A stretch of DNA of 64,000 nucleotides from Octopus sinensis. Lineage: Eukaryota. Below the pieces are notes generated by a model, which worked only from the letters and a program-made list of their open reading frames with translations, had not been told where the DNA came from and ran no database searches. The stretch spans positions 8,600 through 72,599 of the forward strand of contig NW_021831851.1 of NCBI RefSeq assembly GCF_006345805.1, read 5' to 3'. Below, one piece after another: positions 50,625-64,000 of this stretch; positions within the stretch are counted from its first letter, which is position 1; every line of letters begins with the position of its first letter. A program made the position numbers and the translations under genes.

Positions 50625-50626
<2 letters not shown>
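50002..50626 (-). mobile_element. Non-coding HHR element: 561-bp unit plus 64-bp partial repeat
   Basis: 50002-50065 repeats at 50563-50626. (TA)n lies on both sides. Confidence 0.8.
50279..50341 (-). ncRNA. Minimal HHR, intact core
   Basis: Minus strand: tttgag-CTGACGA-aaga...tctt-GAAA-cgttgacg-TA-ctcaaa. Confidence 0.85.
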
Positions 50627-50655
<29 letters not shown>

Positions 50656-50663
50656 AGTGTGTG

Positions 50664-50694
<31 letters not shown>

Positions 50695-51479
50695 ACTCAC
50701 ACACACATATACACATATGCTATCATAAACAAACAAGCACCAACAGGTACATAAATATATAACAGCAAGCATTCATGCACAATTATAAAAAGACGCACAC
50801 GTAATTATTGTGATATATACGCACACACATACACACGCACATGGACCCACACATACAAAGACTATAGCGCATAGACACAAATAAAAGAAGTAAACATATT
50901 CACACATACACACACACACGCACACACACAACAAACTTACAGGACACAGGGAACATACCATACATACACATACACACTCAGACAAGAAGGCGTAAAGACA
51001 TGCATGCACACGCACACGCAAACACATACAGAAGTCCACAGCACGTAGATACGCACACAGACACACACACACACGCACACACATGCACAAACACAAGCAC
51101 ATACACAAACAAATCTACATGATATAGGCACACATACACAAATACACGTGCGCGCACTGACGTACACGCAGACACCACACATACATATATATACATGCAC
51201 ACACCACTCATACACACGCACACACACGTGCAGCAACACACCAAACAAGCATAGACACACACTGAGAACCGTTCACTCTTGAACAGTAAACACACACACA
51301 CATACGTAGATAAAAACACATAAGCGCACTCATAGGACATGCATACGCAAACACTATATCACATGCACACATACACTCCAATACTCACAAACATACACAC
51401 ACATACACAAGCGCAGACACACACACACAGAGGCAGCTGTAAATCCAACAATCAGTATTTAGAACGATATCTAAGTGGT

Positions 51480-51813
51480 CTCCTCCTTCTCCTCCTCCTT
51501 CTCCTCCTCCTTCTCCTCCTCCTTCTCCTCCTCCTCTTCTTCCTCCTCCTTTTCCTCCTCCTCCAATCTCCCCCTCTTCCTTTTCTCCTCCTCCTCCAAT
51601 CTCCCCCTCTTCCTTTTCTCCTCCTCCTTCGCCCCTTCATTTCCTCCCACTGCCTCCTTCTTATCCTCTTCTTTTCTACTTGTTACACTTAGTCCCAAGT
51701 CCCACCCTCTCACCAATTTCCCGTGGCCACCACCACTACCACCACTACCATCACAGCCAACATATTCTTCCGCCAATATCCATTCATCTCATAATAGTAC
51801 AGCAACATCCAGT

Positions 51814-51844
<31 letters not shown>

Positions 51845-51966
51845 TCATCATCATTATCATTGTTATCGTCGTCGTCGTCATAGACATCTCCTTCATCATC
51901 AACAACTATAACTTACACCCTTTAAAAAGATTGACAACAGCAGCTGCTGCTGCTACAACAACAACA

Positions 51967-52002
<36 letters not shown>

Positions 52003-52150
52003 GTTGGTGGTGGTGCTGTTGCTGCTACTGCTACTGCTACGAATATATCAACATCTTTTTCACGCTTGCCATAACCCCCAGCATCACGTATAACACTAAC
52101 ACGTTCATTATCATCATAGCCAACACTATCAACATCATCATCATAATCAT
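51480..52150. repeat. Compound trinucleotide tracts (CTC, CAC, CAT, TAC)
   Basis: Direct reading of the sequence. Confidence 0.9.
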
Positions 52151-53841
52151 CACCGTCATCAACACCGACGTGAACAGCACTCATTATCATTTCCAAGGAT
52201 CATCGAGCCATCTAGTAATGAATGATCTTCATGCACATGCCATGATCACCTTAGCCATAAATGTAATCCTCCTTCCCATCCTCCCCTTCCTCATCATCAT
52301 CATTTGCAGCAGCCGCATCTCCATTACTAAGAATATTAATAACGATTATGATGATGATGATGATGATGGTATTTTTATTAATCACAAATGGTTTAGATTA
52401 ACAAAACCTTTAAGGATGATATAGGATGAACGATTGAGTGTGTATGCATTATTTTCAGGGTTTTACTTCTAAACAGGTACAACAATAACAACAAAAGAAA
52501 ACAATAATGAATATTTTTAAGAATGAGTAATCCTCAACTGAGTTTCGAGGGTTGCCCGTGGACCGCTCCCCCCCCCCCCCACACACACACCATGAAATCA
52601 CGGATGCCTTTTCTCAGTTCCTTATCTCCGATTATTCAGGCGTTATGCTCAGGGCAGACCCGTTCGCTCGCATCATCTTCGTCACTCTCAACCACCTTTC
52701 AACTAAATTGCTAAAAGCAACCCTTTCCTCTCCATCCTTATTTTCCGTAAGCGAAAGTTGAAGAAGCCGATGTGGGGATTGGCTAAAGAGAAGGCAAGTG
52801 TTTGTTTTCAGTCACTTCAATCTCGTCCACCATGCAAAATTAAAAATTAGCAACATTTAAAATAGCAACAGTATCATCAACAACAGCAGCCTTTCCAGAA
52901 TTTGGACCTGGAGATCTCCATTTCGAGCGACTTCGAGGTCCACCTCCCAGTGGTGTCGGGCGTCAACGAAGAGCCCTAGACTACAAGACGACCGAAGTTT
53001 TTTTTTTCCCAAGTTCTGGGGTCTCCCGCGCCTAAGCCCTAGACCATCACCTAAACACCCTTACCGGTCTTCTTACTTAACAACAACAACAACAACAACA
53101 ATAAACAACAGCAATATCCTCAACAGTGGCAGATGACAAATTCAGTAATGCAACCTATATTTACAACAACTGATGTCACAAGATATAGCAACATCATTAT
53201 CAAATAACAGATGAAGACGAGTGGCTTAGTGATTCCCAAAGTAGGCGGTACTGCCCCCTGGGGGCGATGAAAAGTTCCAGGGAAGCTTTAAAGAAAAATG
53301 GGGCAATGGATTAAAAAAAAAAAGCAAAATAAAGGGCTAGTTAGGCTTAGTTTTATTTGTGAAATACTGTATTTTTGAACTTGTTGCAGAAAATGTTTTA
53401 TGTCAGTGATGGTGAGTGGGAGAGGAGCACTAGGGACGTGGCCTTAGAACCAAGGGGGTGGCATCATCATCATCTTCATCATCATCTTCAACAACAACAA
53501 CAACAAGAGAAGTAACCTTATTGCTATTGTTGATAGATAACTTGGTATGGAGAGAGATCATTGTCAAACAAGTTCTATCCGAGCATCGGTTACATTAGTT
53601 TGTAATATTTGCTCTGACCCTCTACGCTCCGATTTCAAATCTTGCTGAGCTCAAAGATTCCTTCCCTTCTTTCGGAGATCAAAAAAAGTATATCAAATAG
53701 TAGACTGGTAGTACAATCAAGGGGGTTGAGCACCGAGCCTTGTATTACGTGTTCTAGTTATTTCGCTGTCTGACACGAACACCGGCAACAGTATTGAGGT
53801 CGAGTTGTATCGGCTCAAGGAGACGATTTCTGTTTTTCACT

Positions 53842-54280
53842 CGCAGAAGTGGCTGTGTGGTAAGTAGCCTGCTTACCAACCACATGGTACCGGGTTCAGT
53901 CCCACTGCGTGGTACCTTGGGAATGTGTCATCTACTATAGCCTTGGGTCGACCAAATCCTTATAAGTGGATTTGGTAGACGGAAACTAAAAGAAGCCCGT
54001 TGTATAATATATATGCGTCTGGGTTTGTGTGTGGGAGTGTGGGTAGATGTATGTTTGTGTTTGTGTGTCTGTGTTTGTTCCCCCATCATCACATGACAAC
54101 TGATGTTGGCGTGCCTATATCCCTGTAATTTGGCGGTTCGGCCAAAAAGACCGATAGAATAAGTACTTGACTTACAAAGAATAATTCCTGGGGTCGATTT
54201 GTTCGACTAAAGGCGATGCTCCAGCATGGCCGCAGTCAAATGACTGAAACAAAATAAAAGAATTAGAAAACAAAAGAATA
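53842..54280 (+). mobile_element. SINE family A
   Basis: Full-length match to family A. Confidence 0.9.
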
Positions 54281-54578
54281 ACCATCATCGTCATCAACTT
54301 CTTAACATTACTGTTATCCGGTTCGATATCGTAGAAGGGACCAATATCACAAACCTACCCACAACTGAACCGGACTCCTGTCTGTTGCAACGTTACACGT
54401 TTACAGCGGATTGAACTAGAGCAGTTATTTGCTCAAAAACTCAACACACTGCCCGACTAGGAATCATAACAACGATCTTACGTTCGCGAGGGCAACACCC
54501 TACTCTAGGCCATGTATGAGAGTTCACACCGATAAACATCAGTGCTAGGAGACTTTGATGCAAAGACTTTCATGCCGA

Positions 54579-54825
54579 GGTGGAGTCGCGTGGCTAAGTG
54601 GTTAGGGTGTTGAACTCATGATCGTAAGGTTGTGGTTTCGATTCCTCGACCGGGTGATATGTTGTATTCTTTAGCAAAACACTTCATTTCACGTTGCTCC
54701 AAGTCCACTCAGCTGGCAAAAATGAGTAATCCTGCGGCGGACCGTCGTCCCGTCCACGTAGGGAATTTCTACGCTACTGAAACCGGGAAACCGGCCCTTA
54801 TGAGCCTGGCATGGCTCGAGAAGGA
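54579..54825 (+). mobile_element. SINE (D head, tail X)
   Basis: 13-bp TSD actttcatgccga at 54566-54578 and 54826-54838. Confidence 0.9.
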
Positions 54826-54968
54826 ACTTTCATGCCGAACTTCTTCAAACAATGTCGTCCATGCTTGCACATATGCACAATCATGATCAACGTTGATCGA
54901 CGAAATTTTTATGATCTGATTAGGTGAGTAGCAATGGGTTATGATGTTATACGTTGAGACTATCATAA

Positions 54969-55415
54969 ACGCAGGCGTGACTATGGTAAGAAGTTTGCTT
55001 TCCAGTCACATGGTCCCTGTTTCAAACTCATTGCGTGGAACCCTGGGCAAATGCCTTTTTCTATACACAAAGCCATGTGAGTGGATTTAATAGGCGTAAA
55101 CTAAAAAAGCCAGTTGCGTATATGTGTGAGTATGTGTGTGTATGTGTGTGTGTGTTTGTGTGTGTGTGTATGTGTGTGTATGTGTGTGTGTGTGTGTATG
55201 TGTGTGTGTATGTGTGTGTGTGTGTGTCCTGTCACCGATTGACAGGTGGTGTTGACGTGTTTACGTCCCAGCAACTTAGCGGTTTGGCTAAGGACACCGA
55301 GCTTTAAAAAATACAAGTACCGGAGGCGATTCGCTCGTCTAAAAATTCTTCAACACCGTGCCACCGCGTGGCTGCAGCCCAATGACTGAAGCAAGCAAAA
55401 GGTAAAATCAAAGAT
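54969..55415 (+). mobile_element. SINE family A, diverged
   Basis: Head, (TG)n tract and tail are recognisable. Confidence 0.75.
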
Positions 55416-56109
55416 ATATAGACATAAAGTTCATTCCTATTGTTCTTTGTCCGAAAATACATGCAGTATTATATTATATTAGAGGCAGAGTCTTTTAGAC
55501 TATTCGTATCACAGCATTTAGTTTGCCCTCTATGTTCTAAGGTGAAATCCCATTCGATATCGACTTTGAATATAAATTCATTTATTAGCACAAGATCGAT
55601 AAAACAGCCCTCTTAGACGGCAAGACGATGATTATAGAAAGAATTGTCATTTAGGCAAAGAAGTCAAATATAACTGGAAGAAAATAACTGTGCTATTATT
55701 GTTGCTGTGATTGCTGGTGTTGTTGTTACTGTTGCTATAGCTTAGCCTCAGGCCAGTTCTGCTAGAGTAGAGACCTAGTGATATCGATATGTTTTGTGAT
55801 AAATTTGATTTCTAATTCCAGCCGGCCAAGAGCGATCACCTTCACTCGGTCAATAAAATAGGTATTACAAAAATAGATAATAGTGTATTTGATTAGAGAA
55901 TTTTCCCGTGAAAAGGAATGCACTGAGGTGGATGAGGAGAAGGAAAGGAAAAAGAAATAATAATAATAGTGATAACAATAATAATAATAATAATAACAAT
56001 AATCCAAACAACGGTGGTAATAATAATAATGATAATAATATTTACTCCAGTGTCACTTTAATGCCATGCACTAATTTCTTACACAATAATAATGATGATG
56101 ATGATGATG

Positions 56110-56155
<46 letters not shown>

Positions 56156-56194
56156 TGATGATGATGATGATGATGATGATAATTAATTCTTTTA

Positions 56195-56252
<58 letters not shown>

Positions 56253-56347
56253 CATCATCATCATCATCATCATTATTGTGTGAGAATTTAGTGCATGCCA
56301 TCGAAGTGACACTAAATTCTCACACAATGATGATGATGATGATGATG

Positions 56348-56381
<34 letters not shown>

Positions 56382-56410
56382 TAATAAGGATGATGATGAT
56401 GATGATGATG

Positions 56411-56452
<42 letters not shown>

Positions 56453-57234
56453 TCGTCTCAGACGGTAACAATGGATGAATGTCGGTGGGAGAACAATATT
56501 AATGCTGAAGCGTTCCTACCATTCACAGAAATCTTCTACTTTCATTCTTATCGCTCATTTCAATCTCCGTGATACGAACTGCAGGCAAGCTTGCTTCTCA
56601 GCAGGACGTAACATATGCATTGTATTCGTTCATATAGGATATATTTATATTTCGTCTACGGTTATACTCACTCATGTACAGAAAAGAATCTCAATAAGCC
56701 AAATATATATTTCTCCTACTTCTGCTGAAGATCACAGGTCATTTCATCTTCCATTTTCTTTATCTTTTCTTTCTCTTTATTTATTTTTTTTTGTACTTTA
56801 GATATCTTTTCTCGTGTTGCTTCCGGTATTATTAGCACACACAAAAAAAAAATTATACTTGGATAGACCGAACAACAAAAGAAAGCCAAATTGTTTCATA
56901 ATAGGTAAGCAAGTGCTAACATATTTAAGTAATAAGTAAAGGTGAACTTTTTGTTAATTTCCAGTGTGTTGAACATCAGAAACAAACACAGTTAAGGTTA
57001 GACAGAGTGATTATTAAAAAGAAATATATTACAAAAGGTGGTGGAGATATTTTTTGTGCATTTCCAGTACATTGTGCACCATAAATATAAACAGTCATGA
57101 ATAAATACGGTGTTTAAGAACAAACTATAAAAGATTAGCTAGCACAATATTCAAGTAACTGGAAACACAGAAAATAAGCTATATCCACGTTACAAGCGGA
57201 TTGGCAGAACCATTAGTGTATTGCAAAACAAAAA

Positions 57235-57642
57235 AGGCAGACACCCATAAAATTATCAACCATCGTACAAACAATAACTCTGAGCACCTTTTCAAACTCC
57301 ACCCATCTAACACCCGAGGACATATTTACAAATCAGAAAACAGCACAGCTCCCATGACTTCAGGAAACATTTTTTCACGCCGAGAGTTGCTGAAGCATAG
57401 AACAAACTACCGGCATCAGTTGTTAGCTGTCGGAGCACTGAATCCTTCAAAACTTCCATGCTTTCTGAGATTCGGCAACACTACACCTGATTTTCTCCCC
57501 TCCATACACACACAGGCATGTATCTGACTCATATATTGTTCGCTTTCCAGACATTTTTACATTAGTGCATGTACTTTATATGCACTTTCTGACAAGTCGT
57601 GGTGCACCTGTGAACTGTATACAATAATTTCATTATTATTAA
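57235..57642 (+). mobile_element. CR1-like LINE 3' end
   Basis: Reads HKIINH..LFKLHPSNTRGHIYK / RKHFFTPRVAEA*NKLPASVVSC..SFKT, then a UTR ending in (att)n. Confidence 0.8.
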
Positions 57643-58057
57643 AAGCGAAAAACAAAAGATGTCCTGTAGTTCTGTCATCGCTCCATTGCTGACGAAATAA
57701 CGTGCCAGTGAAGTACCCAAGGCGATAGAATCGAATAAACTCTCTCAGACAAATTTCTGGACTTGTGCGTGTATTCATTTCAAATTTTGGCACAATACCT
57801 CAAGATCTGGGAAGGGATGTGTCGGTTTCATCAACCCCCAGCACTCAACTAGTGGTTATTTTATCGACCCCGCAAGAATGAAAGGGAAAGTCAACCTCGA
57901 CGAAATTTGAACTCAGAGCGGAAAGACAAACGAAATATCGTTAAGCACTTTGCCCGGCATGCTAACAATTGCGCCGGCTCACCGCTTTTGTCTTGTGCCT
58001 ATATTGGGACGTATTTGAGCCAATCCCAGTTATCGTGTGTGTGTGTGTGTGTGAACT

Positions 58058-58325
58058 GGGATTTGGTAGACGGAAACTGAAAGAAGCCCGTCGTATATAT
58101 GTATATATACATATATATGTATGTGTGTATATGTTTGTGTGTCTGTGTTTTTCCCCCGCCAACATCGCTTGACAACCGATGCTGGTGTGTTTACGTCCCC
58201 GTAACCTAGCGGTTCGGCAAAAGAGACCGATAGAATAAGTAGTAGACTTACAAAGAATGAGTCCTGGGGTCGATTTGCTCGACTAAAAGGCGGTGCTCCA
58301 GCATGGCCGCAGTCAAATGACTGAA
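58058..58325 (+). mobile_element. SINE family A, 5'-truncated
   Basis: Match to 2290-2570. Confidence 0.85.
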
Positions 58326-58329
58326 GAGA

Positions 58330-58665
58330 GTCCAGACGAAGAGCGCGATTCAATTGTAGGATATTTTATTAGTTGAACGATATTTCAACAGCACGTCTGT
58401 CTTTGTCAAGTTCAAAATAAGAAGTGATAAAAATTCAAAATTACAGAAATTTAAACGTAACGTATGAACGAGAGCAACCAGTGTCCACACGTTGATGGAA
58501 TGACATCATCAGTTTTTAATTTACAATTTTATAACAGGAGAAAAGAAAAAGACAGAAAATAAAACAGAAGAAAGAAGATTTAAAAACTGATGGTGTCATT
58601 CCCTCAGCGTGTAGATGCTGGTTGCTCTCGTTCATACTTCACGCTTAAATTTCTGCAATTTTGAA
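58330..58665 (-). mobile_element. Penelope-like terminus with inverted repeat
   Basis: Arms at 58434-58519 and ~58580-58665. Homologous to ~30770-30945. Confidence 0.7.
58373..58415 (-). ncRNA. HHR-like motif with U3-A8 core
   Basis: Minus strand: ttgaac-TTGACAA-a-gacag(acgtg)ctgtt-GAAA-ta-TC-gttcaa. Confidence 0.65.
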
Positions 58666-59164
58666 CGACAAGGGAGCAGGAAATACGTAATGGGCTTCAT
58701 TAACTTACATCTGTTTCTGCTATCTATAAGATGTAGTGCACTCAGTGTTGCGTACCGGTACATCACTTTATAACTTCTTCAGAGCTTCTAAAATAACGTG
58801 CAAGTGTATTTCCGAAAGCGTTTACATACATAGGGAACGATAACCGTCGAAAATATAAAAATACATAAATGGAATGTCGATTTTGAGAAATATCAGACAC
58901 GCTCTGAATGATGTAGAATTCGATAATTTTGTGTTTGTATATGTATATAACGATCGATTCTATGAATAACGGTTCGTACACATACGTAAAAAAATGCAAG
59001 GAACGTGTATGTTAATGTACCTTTTTACTCTGTACATAAATAACATTGACCGTAAAAACCCAAGCAGTGAAAAATAGGAAACCTACGCAGAGAAAGAAAA
59101 AAAGAAACAGACTGAAAGTGAGAGAATCTAATATCTAGAGAAGAGGAAAAAGAGAGAGAGAGTA

Positions 59165-59195
<31 letters not shown>

Positions 59196-59267
59196 GAGTC
59201 GGGCAGACGGATAGATGTGGCGTGGTTAATATAAATTTGTTTGCAAGTTCGTCGGTTTAAGGAATCT

Positions 59268-59655
59268 TTGGAAGCACTCCGTCGGTTACGACGATGAGGG
59301 TTCCGGTTGATCCGAATCAACGGAACAGCCTGCTCGTGAAATTAACGTGTAAGTGGCTGAGCACTCCACAGACACGTGCACCCTTAACGTAGTTCTCGGG
59401 GATATTCAGCGTGACGCAGAGAGTGACAAGGCCGGCCCCTTGAAATACAGGTACAACAGAAACAGGAAGTAAGAGTGAGAGAAAGTTGTGGTGAAAGAGT
59501 ACAGCAGGGATCACCACCATCCCCTGCGGGAGCCTCGTGGAGCTTTTTAGGTGTTTTTGCTCAATAAACACTCACAACACCTGGTCTGGGAATCGAAAGC
59601 GCGATCCTACGACCGCGAGTCCGCTGCCCTAACCACTGGGTCATTGCGCCTCCAC
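59268..59655 (-). mobile_element. SINE family B
   Basis: Near-identical to 26495-26877. Probable TSD ttaaggaatct / ttagggaatct. Confidence 0.9.
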
Positions 59656-59724
59656 TTAGGGAATCTAGAGAGGCTGAAATAAACAGTTTAGATCAAAAGC
59701 AAGCACATATCTATGTAAATGTTC

Positions 59725-60325
59725 TGTTCTACTCCTGACACAAGGCCCGACATTTTGGGGAAGGAGGCCAGTCGATTATATCGACCCTAGTACGCAACTG
59801 GTACGTAATTTTTTGCTCCGAAAGGATGAAAGGCAAAGTCGACCTCGGCGGAATTTGAACTCCCAACATAACGGCAGATGAAATACCGCTAAACATTTCG
59901 CCCGGTGTGCTAACGTTTCTTATTTTTTTATTGTCCAAAGGGGGCTAAACATAAAGGGGACAAACAAGGGATTAAGTCGATTACATCGACCCCAGTGCGT
60001 AAGTGGTACTTAATTTAGCGACCCCGAAAGGATGAACGGCAAAGTCGACCTCGACGGAATTTGGACTCAGAACGTAACGGCAGACGAAATACCTATTTCT
60101 TTACTACCCACAAGGGGCTAAACACAGATAGGACAAACAAGGACAGACAAACGGATTAAGTCGATTATATCGATCCTAGTGCGTAACTGGTACTTAATTT
60201 ATCGACCCCAAAAGGATGAAAGGCAAAGTCGACCTCGGCGGAATTTGAACTCAGAACGTAACGGCAGACGAAATACGGCTACGCATTTCGCCCGGCGTGT
60301 AACGTTTCTGCCAGTTCGCCGCCTT
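59725..60325 (-). mobile_element. SINE family C trimer
   Basis: The core motif occurs at ~59820, ~60026 and ~60211. Confidence 0.85.
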
Positions 60326-60704
60326 TATCTACGTAAATGTTGATAACAGGTGAATACTCATACAGAGAAAGAATATACATATGTTCGCATACAAACCAGA
60401 CATACACGCATATCGCACACACATACACACGTACACACACACCTGTATACAAATAAACAAACTCACCTGTATATACATATACACACGTGCGAGCTCTCAT
60501 ATATATGCAGAAGGAAAGCTATATATACGTACAGATATAGATATATGTATGCATTTACGCACTCACGCATACGCACATAAACAGACAGAGAGGCACAAAA
60601 CACACACACATGAACACATAAACATGCACACACAAGATTATAGTTTTCACCTGCCAAACATCACTCAAAAATATCAATCAAGTCAACAATGCAAAGCAAC
60701 AAAA

Positions 60705-61175
60705 TAAAAATAATAATAAATAATAATAATAAATAATAATAATAATAATAATAATAGTAATAATAATAATAATAGTAATAATAATAAAGTTATAATAATA
60801 GTAGAATAATAATAATAATAATAGTAATAATATAAATAGTAATAATAATAATAATGATAATAATAATAATGATAATGATAATAATGATATTAATAATAAT
60901 AATAATAATAATAATAATGATATAATAATAATGAAATAATAAAATGATAATTAAATAGTAATAATAATAATATTAATAATTATAATAATAATAATAATAA
61001 TAATATTAATAATAATAATAATAATATAATATAATAATAATAATAACATAGGATAATATTAATAATATTATAATAATAATATATAATAATGTAATGATAA
61101 TAATAATAATAATAATAATAGTAATAATCATAATAATAATAATAATAATAATGATAATAATAATAATAATAATAT
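60705..61175. repeat. Degenerate (TAA)n tract
   Basis: Direct reading of the sequence. Confidence 0.95.
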
Positions 61176-61369
61176 ATATTATATGCACGAGGTACCAAAT
61201 GAAGAGAACGGAAAACTGTAACCGTTGATTGCAAGGATAACACTTTAACCACAAGGCTACGCCTGCAGACATGATGACGAGGAAAGCTGACACATATTTC
61301 AAATCCCACTTCTTAACAAATTTTTAGAAATTTGATAACAATTTCTGATGTGAAGAATTCCTGACATGT

Positions 61370-61555
61370 TTATTCTAACAGGTTTCGTTTTCAATAGTTT
61401 TAAGAGAGATTGGTTAGTCTAAAGGCTTTATAGTGTGTGCTGTTTATCAATAAGATCCATATTCAGGGAACGAAGATAACCGCTCTTTCAAATATTCATA
61501 ATTAGAGTTCACACTTCGTATATATTGGTTGCTCATTTTCCAAGCTCAAATTGAT
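61370..61555 (-). pseudogene. Possible Penelope GIY-YIG C-terminal remnant
   Basis: The minus strand reads ..QPIYTKCEL*L..ERAVIF.., resembling the CxLCLxEKxxI motif. It is heavily decayed. Confidence 0.3.
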
Positions 61556-61564
61556 ATAGATACA

Positions 61565-61686
61565 ACATACACAGCATACATACATACATTCATATATACA
61601 CAGACGCATACATATATATATTGTATGTATACATAAATATACTTTGTATACAGACACACATAAGTATATATGTATGCTATATAGTC

Positions 61687-61763
<77 letters not shown>

Positions 61764-61795
61764 TATGCATGTATGTTATATTGTATGCACTAATG

Positions 61796-61835
<40 letters not shown>

Positions 61836-62276
61836 TGTAAATATACACTTTAGAAAGTAATATCAAGATATATATATATACATAAATATATATTTTTATA
61901 TATATATATATATATACATCATACATACATACATATATATATGTATATATACATATATGTATATATGATATATATATATTATATTATAATATATATATAT
62001 ATATATATATATGTGTATATATATATGTATATATGTATATATATATATGTATATATGTGTATATATATTTATTATATGTATATATACGTAAATGTATATG
62101 CTATATATATAATATATGTGATGTGTATAGATATATGGATATATATGTATATGTTATATTAATAATGTGTATATATATGTAATATATATTATATATATAT
62201 GTATATATATGTATATATATATGTATATATCGGTTATATATATGTATATATATATGTCTATATGGTATATAATATG

Positions 62277-62313
<37 letters not shown>

Positions 62314-62420
62314 CTATGTGTGTTATATACATGTATTTTATATGATATAATATATATATGGTGTGTGGTGTGTGTGTATATATACATGCATATATATATG
62401 TATATGTATTATTATATTCA
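61565..62420. repeat. Degenerate (TA)/(TG) tract
   Basis: Direct reading of the sequence. Confidence 0.95.
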
Positions 62421-62746
62421 TACGTGCAAAAACGCACGCATCCTTAACTGCTTACAAACAATTATACATGCACATGTTTGCATCTCATGAATGTTTTTAT
62501 TCATAAATTTACTTGCACCTTTATGCTTGCATCTTTATGCTATTTCTATTTTAGTATGTAATTATGTAAGGCATGAACGTATACACGCTTTTGTATAACA
62601 GTTTGCAGTTATCTCAATATAAATCTGCAGAACGCGTTTGTTTATGTCACCCTTGTAAGTCTATACAATTCAGCCGCATTACTTTCATAACTAGAAAGTA
62701 GGGTATTAGACAATATTTATGATAATGTGAGAGAGCGAAGGAGGAC

Positions 62747-62779
<33 letters not shown>

Positions 62780-64000
62780 ACCAGAGACAGAATTATCTAT
62801 GTATATTACTCCCTTTGTGCTACAATTCGTGTTGCAAGAAAGATAACATGTATTCTATAATGATATCAGAACGGCCTTCATATAATAATAGGACAAAGGA
62901 TTAAGCTTCACTGATTACGTAATATTCTTTTCTACTCTCGGTACAAGGACAGAAATTTTGGGGGAGGGAGCCAGTCGATTAGATCGACCCCAGTACGCAA
63001 CTGGTACTTAATTTATCGACCCCGAAAGGACGAAATTTCCAGTGTAAACTTATCACCTAATTTCAAATCACCATTGTTTTCAAGCACATTTAAAATAAAA
63101 TTTTCGGCCAGGCACTGCATTTGCAGCGATAATTCTGCTGAAAGTAACCTCACACGAATTGAAATATTTCTTTCTGGGTCTTTCTTTCAAGTGTAAATGA
63201 GTCTTCGATTTTTTGCAACGCCTCAATCAGGTTTAAATATCTTTTCTCCAATAGTCACAAGGAGTGATATTTGGGGATTGTAGATTACAGCGACCCCAAT
63301 ACTGAAATGGTACTAATTTATATTGATCCAGAAAGGAAGAAAGGCAAAGTCAATTTGATCTCAAAAACATTTTGCCTGGCCTGGTAGCGATATTGTCACA
63401 TCACCGCCGATAGTGTTGTAAACACTTAGCATTTTTGAGAAAAACTTATATTTACGAAATTATTTCACGTTAAAGTTCTCGTATTTCGGTGATTTCAACC
63501 AATCAATGACGTGTATTCAGCTGAATAAAATTGCTGCCGTTGTTTGTCAACATCAACTATCGGCGGTGTCCGAAGTTTTAAAAGTGTTTCGTAACAAAAA
63601 ATTATTTTTTAAATCTGTAGGTCAAAAGGTAAAGATCCCATCACTGCATTAAAAGCAGTATCGAAGGAATTTTGTACAAAAGTTTTCGATATTAAATATC
63701 AATGTTTCATCCTTGTGTTATTCGTAATCAATACCGTCATGCCAAAGAAAAAAAAAACCCTAATTTTTCCTCTGCATATCGTAAAATGGCAACGAAAATA
63801 GGTTGAAGTAAGATCTGTACTCTTAGCTCGTAAAACACACTGCAGCAATGACTACTCAAACAAAACCGTGGGTTGGAGGGATGTCACGTGCGTGGTGCAA
63901 AGATGTCATGCGCGAGGGAATCACCAAGAAATGGGGGATGCATAGAGGGCTGTTTCAGCGCATGTTGCCATACTACTACTACTGCTCTACTCTCCTACTA

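Noticed and set aside
51339-52196. Ser/Pro/Thr/Ile homopolymer ORFs up to 199 aa
   Set aside because: They are trinucleotide repeats open in several frames on both strands, with no domain signal.

Overview
This is an AT-rich, gene-poor window of animal genomic DNA. Its repeat families and very long (TA)n/(TG)n/(TAA)n tracts suggest an octopod cephalopod (inference from recollection, not a database result). I found no supportable host protein-coding exon, and nearly all tracked ORFs are microsatellite artefacts. The only full-length ORF is a DD34E Tc1 transposase in a 1.63-kb element with long terminal inverted repeats (22714-24343). The rest is a nested mosaic of at least four tRNA-headed SINE families (my labels A-D), R4/Dong-like, CR1-like and RTE-like LINE ends, a Gypsy integrase relic, a solo LTR, a rosa-like mariner relic, Helitrons and MITEs. 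The main finding is a dense set of about 15 minimal type I hammerhead ribozyme (HHR) motifs, found by eye on both strands. They sit in short Penelope-type termini that mostly abut (TA)n tracts. Three non-coding elements are one 541-561-nt unit plus a partial repeat, and several others are fold-back palindromes. The cores vary at the catalytic 3-8 pair (C-G, G-C, U-A, U-G) and show other recurrent variants. Together these point to a diversified family of ribozyme-bearing, probably Penelope-mobilised, retrozyme-like elements. Ribozyme activity and circular RNAs are inferred, not shown. Repeat boundaries are approximate unless a target-site duplication (TSD) or terminal repeat is cited.
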